DNA from: Felis catus
Taxonomy: Eukaryota
DNA: 64,000 bases
Reading direction: 5' to 3'
NCBI RefSeq assembly: GCF_018350175.1
Contig: NC_058368.1
Span: 216,692,001 to 216,756,000, forward strand
Positions 1-11,202 of the stretch are shown here, piece by piece. The notes under the pieces were generated by a model, which did no database searches, had not been told where the DNA came from, and worked only from the letters and a program-made list of their open reading frames with translations. Position numbers and translations under genes: made by a program. Positions within the stretch are counted from its first letter, which is position 1. Every line of letters starts with the position of its first letter.

Positions 1-40
1 GTGTTTCAGACTGATGAAGAGTTGGGGTAAGTAATGGCGC

Positions 41-410
41 TCTCAGTTTTTAAGAGTCTCTATGCTTTGGCTCCCTCCCTCTCTAACTTTTTTTTTTTTT
101 CTCTTTCCCGTCTCCCATGGTCTTCTGTTAAGTTTCTCAGGATCCACATAAGAGTGAAAACATATGGCATCTGTCTTTCTCTGTAAGACTTATTTCACTT
201 AGCATAACACTCTCCAGTCCCATCCACGTTGCTACAAAAAGCGATATTTCATTCTTTCTCCTTGCCACAATCTGAGGGTTGATGGGGGGTGGGAGGGAGG
301 GAAGGGTGGGTGAGGAGGACACCAGTTGGGATGAGCACTGGGTGTTGTATGGAAACCAATCTGACAATAAGTTTCATATTAAAAAATAATAAAAAATAAA
401 AATAAATGAA
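41..410. mobile_element. 5'-truncated, 5'-inverted carnivore L1 (L1_Fc/L1_Carn-like) 3' end
   Basis: 41-267 on the minus strand encodes the L1 ORF2p C-terminus (KNEISLFVATWMGLESVMLSEISLTEKDRCHMFSLLCGS*) and the proximal 3'UTR. 268-410 on the plus strand is the distal G-rich 3'UTR and A-rich tail. Confidence 0.9.
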
Positions 411-605
411 AAAGTAGTGAATTAGGAAAAAAAATGGAACTCTCAAGTTCTGAGATTTTAACCATGTATCCTGCTGCAGTAGCAAATTGAGTAACATATT
501 TTTGTTATGTTGGATTCTTCTTATGTATGGATTCTTCTAAACTTTTTTTTTCCTTTTAAAAGGATATTGAATAGCTGCTTTGTGCCTTAAAAAAATAGAT
601 AGTGT

Positions 606-750
606 GGCGCGCCTGGGTGGCTCATTCAGTTAAGTGTCTGACTCTTCATATCAGCTCAGATTGTGATCTCATGGTTGTGAGACCGAGCCCCGCGTAGAGA
701 GTGGAGCTGCTTAGGATTCTCTCTTTCCAGGTCTCTCTATGCCCCTTCCC

Positions 751-781
<31 letters not shown>

Positions 782-804
782 AAACTAAATAAATAAACAT
801 TCAA
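606..804 (+). mobile_element. CanSINE (SINEC_Fc-like), older copy
   Basis: GGCGCGCCTGGGTGGCTCA head, (CT)n tract, AATAAA/A-rich tail. Confidence 0.9.
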
Positions 805-1997
805 AGGAATGGATTAAGTGATGCAATGGAATGATTTCTTGGTTGGAATTCAGCAATACAGAATGGTGCCTGTCATGAGCAAATCAAAGGTCCTTGCTTC
901 TTGATGGTGACAAATCAAAGAAATTAGCATAAACCAGGACCTGGGGTACATTCTTGATATTTAAAAAGCAAAGCCGAGATGAATAAAGAAAGGCAGTATC
1001 TCTCGCGTACTGCTAACCATTTCTGTGTGTAACAGTGTTCAGAGAACGGGGCAATCCCATCCCTCCACATCCTCAGATTACTGATGACTCAGTCTCCACT
1101 CGAAGACCTCTTCTGGAAGATTTAAGCAACACAAGAATTCACTATCACAAGCTAAAGCTTAGTAATGTACAGGTTCGTGACATAAAGTCATTTCCTCATT
1201 ACTGCACAGGTCACAGTCTCAAGGTCACAACTGTCACCTTATCTTTGCATCTGGGCCAATTAAACACAGTTGGGATAAGTCAAATGTTGTATGAGACAGC
1301 AATATAAAATTACAAAGGAAAGCATTTTTAAAAGAATGACAGTCATTAAGTTTAACCTCAAAAGCTGTTTGATATTAACTTTCTGATTATCTCATTTCAT
1401 CTCTTTTATGATCTCATTCTAAATCACTGCCTTTCAAAAATGAATATTATGTGCCTGTATTAGTGTAAAATAAGCATTTCTGTAATAACCTAAGTGATGT
1501 AATAAATAAGTTTGTCACAATGACTTAATTTTAACCAACAAAATGCAAAATATTTTCTAACGTGGCTTTAACATGCCAAGGAAGTTTACTAAAATCTATG
1601 AATGAAATTTTGACTTAATATTTGAATTTAAATAACCATGAAATGCTTAAGACAAATGTTAAGATCTAGCCAAACATGTGTGAGACATTTCTATGCCCTT
1701 CAGATGCTTAGCAAATTTCTTTTTTCACCTGAATATTTGTGTTGAATTTGCATTATATCAGATTTTGATACTTTTGTTAGATCTCTAAGAGTATTACAGA
1801 ATATCTGAGAGTAGTAGATCAATTGGATTCATTTTACTTTTCAAAACATGAATATACACTTGTGGAACTAAATATGTATCAAAAGAGAATAATTAACATT
1901 GTCTATATCTTGTGTAATTCCGTCTGGATGAATTCAAAAACCAGTTCAAAAATAATTTTTGAGGATTCTCTCCTATGGCATTTCAACATATAGATAC

Positions 1998-2181
1998 TTT
2001 TTTTTTACCACTTATTTTAAAGAGAGACAGTGCAAGTGGGGAAGAGGGGCAAAGGGAGAGAGAGACAAATTTAGGCAGGTTCCACACTCAGCATGGGATT
2101 ATGACCCCTTAACCCTGGGATCATGACCTGAGCCAAAATCAAGTGTCAGATGCTCAACCGACTGAGCCATCCAGGCACCCC
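1998..2181 (-). mobile_element. CanSINE
   Basis: Poly-T, (GA)n, ends ...GAGCCATCCAGGCACCCC; degenerate AACATAT... flanking repeat. Confidence 0.9.
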
Positions 2182-2271
2182 AACATATGATTATTTTTGA
2201 AAATATGATTTAAACAAGGCAAACTTCAGGTGATTGACACTCAGAAGATTCTGCTGATAATCCCTGTCAAT

Positions 2272-2380
2272 TGATGAAAAGTTCTTTGTGGGCAGAATCC
2301 GTGTCTGAATTCTTACTGGAGACAGTCACGGGACACACATAATTTTTCATGTATTTGTATGAATTAAGTTGAATGAAACT
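2272..2380 (+). mobile_element. L2 3' end fragment
   Basis: Resembles the L2 terminus (..GGCAGAATCCGTGTCTG.. ending TTGAATGAA). Confidence 0.45.
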
Positions 2381-2873
2381 ATTGTCTTTATTCAACAAAT
2401 AATATATCAAGTAAAAATTATCTCTCATATTAAGTAGTTAGCCATATTGATTGCTGCTTTTCTCCTAAAGCCTACTGCCCACAGAGATGAAGTCAAGAAG
2501 GAAAGAAAGAAGCACGCAGAAATTGGTGCATCATCAGATTAGCAGATTACCAACAGGGAAAGCAAAAGTACGTGGGGTGGTAAAAATCAAGCAGTGTAAC
2601 AAGAAAGGAGCAGACAACTTTATAATATTAAACATAAACATCTTCCAAATAAATTAGAAGGCTGTTATAGATCACCTCTAACCGGACTTTCAGTCTGTTT
2701 CCAAGAGCTTTCTACTCAGGAGATTCTGAGAGAATTTCATTACATGTGGCTCATGTAAACTGTGGGAGCTACGCTCTATACCATAGCTTCAGTAGAGTGG
2801 GAACTTATGTTTGGTAATTTCAGTTGAAATCACTACAATATTTTTCCTATCCCTTTAAAAAATGATTGCTTTA

Positions 2874-3094
2874 GGGGCACTTGGGTGGCTCGTTCAGTCA
2901 GTTCAACGTCTGACTCTTGATCCGGGCTCAGGTCATGATCTCACGGTTGGTGAGTTTGAGCCCCGCGTCCAGCTGTGCACTGACAGTGCGGAGCCTGCTT
3001 GGGATTCTCTTCCTCCCTCTCTCTCTGCTCCTCCCCCACTTGCTTGGTCTCTCTCAAAAATAAATTAATTAGCATAAATAAAATTCAAAAAATT
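2874..3094 (+). mobile_element. CanSINE with 16-bp TSD
   Basis: Full head, body and tail; AAAAATGATTGCTTTA at 2858-2873 and 3095-3110. Confidence 0.95.
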
Positions 3095-3255
3095 AAAAAT
3101 GATTGCTTTATTATTATTAAAATGTATCTCAAGACAGAAAACAGTAACCTCTAAGAATAATTATCAAGTCCATGTGAATAATGCAAAAAAAATTATAAAA
3201 AAGCTAACTAAAAGTGGTATTGCTTCAACATAAATAAATTATTTAATATTTCTTT

Positions 3256-3468
3256 GGGGTGCTGGGTGACTCAGTTGGTTAAGCGTTTGACTACAGCTCA
3301 GGTCATGATTTCACAGTTTGTGAGTTCGAGCCCCACATCGGGCTCTATGCTGACAGCTCAGAGCCTGGAGCCTGCTTTGAGTTCTGTGTCTCCCTCTTTC
3401 TCTGCCACTTCCCTGCTCTCTCTCTCTCTCTCACTCTCTCTCAAAAATAAATAAACATTAATGTTTTT
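3256..3468 (+). mobile_element. CanSINE with TSD
   Basis: Full element; AATTATTTAATATTTC repeated on both sides. Confidence 0.95.
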
Positions 3469-4641
3469 AATTATTTAATATTTCCTTATATAACGTCAAG
3501 GTTAATCATATTCTAAATAGAAGAATATGTATGTTACAAAAATTGTTTAGCCTACCAAATGGCAGGCAGGCAAAATAGGTAATTTCCATGCTTGTATCTT
3601 TATTTTTTGTTTTTATTTTAGGGCTTAGGATAATTTCTATATTCAGCAAGTCTTTACACCTAATTTAATTTACTATTACATTAACAGTAGAGTAGAAAAC
3701 CTTTGATGCTAGTGACAAATTCTTTAAGAAAGCTTGTTATAGTACTGAAAGTATTTCAATACATCAATAAAATGCGGAAATATGCTGAGAGTAAGTCAAT
3801 AAGTTTTACAATACCAATTTGTTTGCAAACAAACTCCAAATCAGTGAAAAGTGCATGCAAATGACTCCATTAAGTTTAATCTAGATTGAAAAGAAAGTAT
3901 GTTTAAGGATGTAATGAAAATTGAAGCACTTCTTTAATTATCTGCATAAATTACTTAGCCATCAGTATAAAAAAATGCAGTAATGCGTTTTGGTTAACAA
4001 TCAAGTATTTAAGCAAGATAACATGACTATGTTTCTACTAAAATTCAAAGAGAAAAAAAATCACCATATAAAAGTTTGATGAGGCAATTATATAGAAGAT
4101 AAATTGCAATGATATTTCACTCTTGATAACTAGTAGATGATCGAATGTTGAATACTACTAGAAGTTTAATGTTACTATAATATATTTTAGTATACATCTT
4201 CAAAATAGTATTTAAATTCCAAGGCGAATACAATTTTCAGTGTTCTGAAAATCTCACACATAACTGAGTAATTTACAGTATCATGTATCTTCTCAGGTCA
4301 AAATTAATACAAGTGCTTCCTTATTTACTTCATCAGAACTCTCAAGGTTATAGACACTGAAGAATTATTAAGCTAATTGCATTATGGAACAAAAATGAAA
4401 ACAATAATTTCAGTGTAAACATTTCATTAGCTCAAATTTAAATTAATTTAAAGTATCACAACTTCTGCTTTTATAAATATGCTTTCCGAGAGTTCATAGA
4501 CACTGAAAATATTAAGTAATTTTATGCCACTTTAGGATGGTGTTCTCCAGGCAGTTGAATTGAAGGGGGGGAAGGGTGCATAGCGGGGAAGGAGGCTCAC
4601 CTCCAAGGAGATTCAGACTTTTGAAGTGTTTGAAATATACA

Positions 4642-4901
4642 TTTTTTTGTTTGTTTCTATTTTATTTTTATTTTTTTACAGAGGGAAATCACAAGTGGGG
4701 GAGAGGGGCAGAGAGGGACAGAAGGAGAATGAGAGAGAGACAGAGAGAGAGAGAGAGGGAGGGAGAGAGAGGGAGAATCTTAAGGAAGCTGCATGCTCAG
4801 CGTGGAGCCCCACATGGGGCTCGATCCCACAACCCCGGGATCATGACCTGAGCCGAAATCAAGAGTCGGATACTCAACCCAATGAGCCACCCAGGCATCC
4901 C
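4642..4901 (-). mobile_element. CanSINE
   Basis: T-rich tail, long (GA)-rich tract, ends GAGCCACCCAGGCATCCC. Confidence 0.9.
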
Positions 4902-6252
4902 TCCATATCTTTTAAAAGATTAAATATAATTTAAGAACTGTTTGGAGGTGAGAAGAAAAGGAACTTTATTTTGTCTTCCCATACTTCAATTCATTAAATT
5001 TAATCTACTTAAAATAGTTTAATTAAAGAATTTATAATAAGATGAAAGTGTTAAAAGGAGGTCTACATTCAAGAAAATTCAAATAGTTTTTCTGATTGTG
5101 AGACACCAGGTAGATTTTAACCTTACGTTAATTCAAATCCAAAATTCTTTACCATGGTTCACTCCCAAGATCTTAAATACCAAAATGACTTCTATGCGGC
5201 TTCTGTCACTTGACAATCTTCATTTATGCATTTCATGTAACAGCAGATTTTGAAAAGGCGGAACTTTCTGCTCTGAGGAAAACATGCTTTCTTTAAAATT
5301 TATTTGCAAAATCTATGTGTCATAGGATAATAGAACTTCTTTAATAACCAAAAGAAGAGTTAGACCACTCGTAATCCAGTCCGCTTCCTGATCTTACATG
5401 TGAGGAAACCAATTTCTCAAGGAGGCAACAAGATGTACCAGATATAAACCTATTTTCCACAAAATAATTCATTGGCCTGAAATAAAACTCTCCATCCAAA
5501 CACCTCCACTTTTCCTTGTATCCCTTTCCCAACTTCCTTTTCATGTAGTCAGCAGATTTATACAATTAAAATCATTGAGCATCTATCTCTTAAACTGTAG
5601 CCCAGTGCTAATCAACATTGAAGGTTAATAAATTACAGGATTAATTTTATTTGGGAATCCCTCCTATGCATACCCAGGGTCATTTTCCTAGAGCAATAAG
5701 ACAGGATGGTATTCCCTAGCTTTCTCTCTTTGCCTCCCGTGGAGATGACACAAAAGCTCAGAGATGCACAAATACTGAGAAGGCTAGGGGACAGATTCTG
5801 GTATGAGTGGAGGTCTCAAGGGTGACTAGACATGAGATGGAGGGAAGGTGGGTAGCATATTAACCGAGACTGCCTATTCTGAGGTTGATGACACTTACTA
5901 ACTCAAATCTTACTTGAAAAAGCACAAAGTAGAATTAGGTAGTTTTAAATCACTTTGGCAGCAAAAATTACAGGCAAAACTGATCAAATACTTGGAAAAA
6001 GGAGCATTAAGGAAAAAAAAAAAGAGCTAATGATGGAAAACCCTGTCATAGAGAAAGCAGAATTAATTAAATAAAACTAAAAATTAAAACAATATCTTTT
6101 TTCTGATAAGAAAATATTAGAAATATGAAAAAAAAACAATTGTTGAGCTAAAGAATCCAATGTTAGAAATGAATGGGAGAATAATACAACAGCAAAAATG
6201 TGAGTAGCCTGGAAATCAGAATAAAAAAGATCACACCCAAGAGGAATGAAGA

Positions 6253-6490
6253 GGGGTGCGTGGGTGGCTCACTTTGTTAAGCATCTGACTTTGGCTCAGG
6301 TCATGATCTCATGGTTTATGAGTTCAAGCCCTGCATCAGGCTCTGTGTTGTCAGCTCAGAGCCGGGAGCCTGCTTCAGATTCTGTGTGTCTGTCTCTGTC
6401 TGCCCCTTCCCCACTCTTGCTGTCTTTGTCTCTCAAAAATGAATAAACATTAAAAGAATTTTCAGGGCGCCTGAGTGGCTCAGTTGGTTA
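6253..6490 (+). mobile_element. CanSINE followed by a second SINE head only (6465-6490)
   Basis: Full SINE 6253-6458, then GGGCGCCTGAGTGGCTCAGTTGGTTA; CCAAGAGG flanks the whole unit (6237 and 6492). Confidence 0.9.
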
Positions 6491-6929
6491 ACCAAGAGGT
6501 ATAAATAAAGCAGACAAGAGAAAAACATTAGATGTAACTGAACAACTGTTAAGGAATCTAGAAGGTAAAAATGATATAAATAGAAAGGAATTGATATTTG
6601 CACAAATAAAAAATAATTTCTGAGGATGATAAAAACATATTGAAAGGCTCATAAATCTCTGTAAAGATAGATAAGACAGACTAACAATAATCAAAATAAG
6701 GAAAAACCGTACCAAGAACTCTGGACACACACTGTGAAATTTGAAATGATTTTCAAAAAAGAGAAAATTCTAAAGAAAAGAGGATGGTACTCATAGAAGA
6801 ACAGTAGCTAAATTAAAGTATATTTCTCAGATGCATTGCTAGGTGGAAAAAAAAAAGACAGTGTAGTAATGCCTGCGTATACAAACAATAAGAAAAATAA
6901 ACTCAGAATTTTATATATATATCCAAGCT

Positions 6930-7597
6930 AGTTGTCAGTAAATGGTGGCCTGCAGGGCAGCCTGTTTATTTTGTATAAAATTTTATTGGAACACAGCCTC
7001 ATCCATTCATTTATATTTTGCCTATGGATGCACTCCTCACATAACGGCAGACGTATAATACCCCCCCTTATCCATGGGGGATATGTTCCCAAACCCCAGG
7101 TGGATACCTGAAACTACAGATAGTACAAGGCCCTACATATACTATGTTTTTTCATATACTTTCATGCCTACAGTAACGTTCAATTTATAAATAAGACACA
7201 GTAAGAGGTTAACAACAATAACTAATAATGAATAGAACAATTATAACAACATACTGTAAAAGAAGTTATGTGAATGTGGTCTCCTCTCTCAAAATATATT
7301 TTTTTGTGGTTTACTCACCCTTTTATTTCTTGTAATGGTGTGGGATGAACGTGATGAGATTAAACAAGGTGAATGGTGTAGACATGGAGACATAGCATTA
7401 GGCTATTCTTGACCTTGATGATTCCTTAGGAGAAGGATCATCTGTTTCCTGACTGTGCTTGACCGTGAGTAACTAACTGAACCCATGGAAGGCTTGGATA
7501 AGGGGAGAAAATCATACTCGAGAGAGAAACCACATGGCCTTCAAGACCTCAAATATTTACTATCTCACTCTTTACAGAACAAATTTACTGACCTTTG
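6930..7597 (+). mobile_element. MER58A-like hAT-Charlie MITE, split by a MER44 insertion
   Basis: 5' half TTTTATTGGAACACAGCC..CATTCATTTATATT..CTATGG (6930-7055); 3' half AAATATTTACTATCT..CTTTACAGAA..TTTACTGACC (7516-7597). Confidence 0.8.
7056..7515 (-). mobile_element. MER44/Tigger7-like TcMar-Tigger element
   Basis: Inverted terminal motifs CCCCTTATCCA (about 7064) and TGGATAAGGGG (about 7496); internal GGATACCTGAAACTACAGATAGTAC and AAGTTATGTGAATGTGGTCTC are typical of MER44. Confidence 0.8.
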
Positions 7598-8510
7598 ATC
7601 TAAATTGTTATTTAAATGTCAGAGTGAATTATGTATTTTTAGGCATACAGAATCTCAGGAATATTACCACAAAAAGACAATCTTTGAAATAACTTCGGAG
7701 ATATTCCAAACAAGAAGAGTGATTAATACAGTTTGAAGCAATAAGACATACAAAATTAGAAAAATAACATTTTAATAAAAATCTCCTGATTACTCAGTTT
7801 TAAAAATGACCAAGTAATAAAAGTATAAACATAGAAATCAACATATAATATTAGAGACGAAACCCATATGGACCAATGTAAGGAGAACAGGAAAAACATG
7901 AGAAACCAAGGGGTTGAAAACATTTGAGTTCCAAGAGAGGTACAGAAATTGATAAATTTCAATATTAATAAGGAAACTGAGTTTGAGTCTTACTAAGCAA
8001 GTACCCATTAGAAGAATAAAAACAAAACCGTTTGTTTCTCTCTCTCCTAATCATTATTGCACTGTATATTAACTAACTAAATAAATTTTTAAAAAACAGG
8101 TTAATGTATAAGCTTTATATGTTAAACTTTATGTACTACACTTTATACATTCCATTTGACATGGAATTGATACAGGAAAAAATATAAAGGTAAATAAATG
8201 TAAGAAAATGAGCACATTTCAAAGCAGTAGAAGAAAATGATATGCAAATAAATTTAAAAAAGAAAGAAGAAAAAAATTTAGTTGTGACAATGTACAATAG
8301 CATTTTAAGATAAATGTTAATTGCCTGTACTTCATGATTAAAAATAAATTCTTTCAGATTAGATAATAAAGTAAACAAAGCAAGTCAAGTAATAAATTGT
8401 CTATTAAAGATACATTGCAAACAAAATATAATATTGTAGGAAATGTAAAAAAGGCATACCTAAAACAACACACTGGGGAGGCAAATTTTATTAAGTGTAT
8501 TAGAATTTAA

Positions 8511-8716
8511 GGGGTATCTGGGTGACTCAGTTGGTTAAGCGTCTAGCTCTTGATTTCAATTCAGGTAAATAACCTCACAATTCACGGGTTCGAGCTGCAC
8601 ATCGGAATCCATTCTGACATTACAAAGCCTGCTTGAGATTCTTTCTCTGCCTCTCTCTCTCTGCCCCTCTCTTGCTGTCGATCTCTGCACAAAATAAATA
8701 AATAAACTTTAAAAAT
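8511..8716 (+). mobile_element. CanSINE
   Basis: Head, body and tail; GAATTTAA repeated at both ends. Confidence 0.9.
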
Positions 8717-8961
8717 GAATTTAAGGTAAAACTATTAGAGAATATTTATACGTGCAAATGTATTACATCTCAAGAAGAAATAAAAGTCATAGACTTTTTA
8801 ATCAATAGAATACATAGAACTGTGGCTAAATTAATACTTTTAATATGATGTTTTTATAATAGTCCTTATGGTATATTAATGCAGAAACAGATAAGAAAAA
8901 CTTCAAAAGATTGGAGTAACAGGTTTTATACATGCAGCCCTCTTGATAAGAATTCTGGCTG

Positions 8962-9172
8962 AGGGCACCTGAGTAGCTCAGTCCATTAAGTTCCAACTCC
9001 TTATTTCAGCTCAGGTCATGATCTCATGGTTTGAGAGGTTGAGTCCTACATCAGGCTCTGTGCTAACAGTGTGGAGCCTACTTGGGATTCTCTCTCTCCC
9101 TCTCTCTCTTCCCCTTTCCTACTCTCTCTCTATCTCCTCTAAAAAATAAAAGTAAACATAAATAAATAAATA
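8962..9172 (+). mobile_element. CanSINE
   Basis: AGGGCACCTGAGTAGCTCAG head, (CT)n, A-rich tail. Confidence 0.9.
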
Positions 9173-9517
9173 AGTAATCTCTAGGTGAAAGATCTACTTT
9201 GAAAAAAAAAACTGTACCTAGGATTATATATTTACATTATGTGAAAATATACTTAAATTGCATATATCAAACAGAAACACTTTATGGCAATTCCCGAAGA
9301 ATAAAAAGTCTTTTTGAGCAGATGTGAACTATCCATGTAATTGACAACCTATTGGCCCACAAAACCTCAGTACATTTCAACAAAACAGTATCATTAAAAA
9401 TTCTAAATTAAAAAAAAGAATAGCAGAAATCTTGATTATTTCACTCAAATACCTTGGAAAAAAGAGAAAAAAAATAAAAAACTATAAAAGATTACATAAT
9501 TAAAAATGTGCATTAGC

Positions 9518-9715
9518 AGGACACCTGGGTGTCTCAGTCAGTTAAGCTTCGGACTTCAGCTCAGGTCATGCATGACCTTGTGGTTCAGGAGTTTTGAGTT
9601 CCACATCAGGCTCTGTGCTGACTGCTGGGAGCCTGGAGCCTGTGTCTCCTTCTCTCTCTGCTCCTCCCCCACTATCACTGTCAAAAATAAATGAACATTA
9701 AAAAAAATGAAAATA
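9518..9715 (+). mobile_element. CanSINE
   Basis: AGGACACCTGGGTGTCTCAG head; degenerate TSD AAAATGT....TAGC. Confidence 0.88.
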
Positions 9716-10983
9716 TTACAAAATGTTTACTAGCAAACCAAATTAGATCAATAAAAGCACTAAACATGAAAAAAGTTAAAGGTAACTTAAAAATTCGATC
9801 GCTGGCTTGAATTTTCCTTTGTGTGAGTTGTACCAACCATTCAATAAATACCTATTTTCTCAACTAGCTAATAGGGTTCAAAACACAAAGGAAGATGAAA
9901 GCTTTCCTAATTTATTTATATAGCTAAAACAACTAAAAGAAAAGAAACTACAAAATGCAATTGTAATTGGTACTATTGATCCAAAAGTAATAATCAGTGG
10001 GAGTAAATCAGTTACTGTGTGTTAAAAACTAACACAGTTGATAGACAATTAGGTATTATGTAAGGAATAAAAACATGGATGACTATTTCAAAATATAATA
10101 TAGAAATATCAGATATATAAATTACTCTGGAAAACAAACGCCACAAATATGTGCATCCTGATGGTTGCCAAACATCATTTCGTAAAATTCAACGTGGGTT
10201 CTCAAGTAAAAAATGTAAAAGATTTTAAATGTTTTTTTTACTCCTCTATCTATATCAGGTAGGAGCTAATAAGGAAAACCCAAAAGTTTCGAATGGAGTC
10301 AAGAAATTTTCTTTTCTATCAACAGCTTGATGCAATGTGAATAAATTTCTGAATCTGCCACAAATGTAAGAAAATATTCTCAAATTCCCCCGTTTCTCAT
10401 TAATGCATTGCTAAAATACTGTCACACTAATTTGAGTTTTATTCTATGTGAAAGAAAAAAGAAAAATAACTTTTTCTCTGAATTATTTATTTCTGTAATA
10501 AAATCCACTCAAGAGACTTAAAATACTCAAGAAATTATGTCATAGTCATGTAGAACTTTAAATTAGAAATGTGTGAAAACATTAATATACAGTAAAAGAA
10601 AATGCAAAATATTTGACATTTGAATATGTTTTGTCAGAATTTAATAGTTGAGTGTCCTTGAACTACACCAGCTTTCTTAAGATTTTATCTGTTAGTATGA
10701 CATATATTCAGAAAGTATCCTTGAAGAATAAAGAACAGAGAACAGCTTTGCTTATAAGAATAATTCTTCCGGATTAAATATTTCCTTCATATCAATTAAT
10801 TAGCAAATATTCAAAGAATTTAAAATTGTTCTTACACTGTAAGGGATGTGTTCGGGTGTTGTAAGTTAAGAGACCAAATCTAAATGAGTTTTGTGTAAAT
10901 ATTAATTTATATAACTTTTTAACTTACAAAGTGTATCATATGATCTCTGATTGTCATAATAATCCTGAGAGGGGATATAATAA

Positions 10984-11202
10984 TGTTTATTAATTTTTGT
11001 TAATGTTTATTTATTTTTGAGAGAGAGGGACAGAGCATGAATGGGAGAGGAGCAGAGAGAGAGGGAGACACAGAATCTGAAACAGGCTCCAGGCTCCGAG
11101 CTGTCAGCACAGAGCCGGGCATGAGGCTCGAACTCACAGACCACGAGATCATGACCTGAGCCAAAGTCAGATGCTCAACTGACTGAGCCACCCAGGTGCC
11201 CC
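10984..11202 (-). mobile_element. CanSINE inserted in a MIR remnant
   Basis: Full antisense copy with ATAATGTTT on both sides; MIR-core-like ATGAGGAAATTGATGTTCAGA follows at about 11224. Confidence 0.92.

Larger units (their letters stand above)
6050..10210 (+). mobile_element. Ancient, heavily decayed L1M (ORF1, spacer, ORF2 endonuclease to early RT), interrupted by 4 SINEs plus a SINE head and 2 DNA transposons
   Basis: A-rich strand with remnants resembling ORF1 (around 6710-6775 and 7600-7680), the ORF2 endonuclease start (around 8310-8430) and 'FDKIQH'-like DNA (around 10175-10200); no open frame. Confidence 0.65.
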
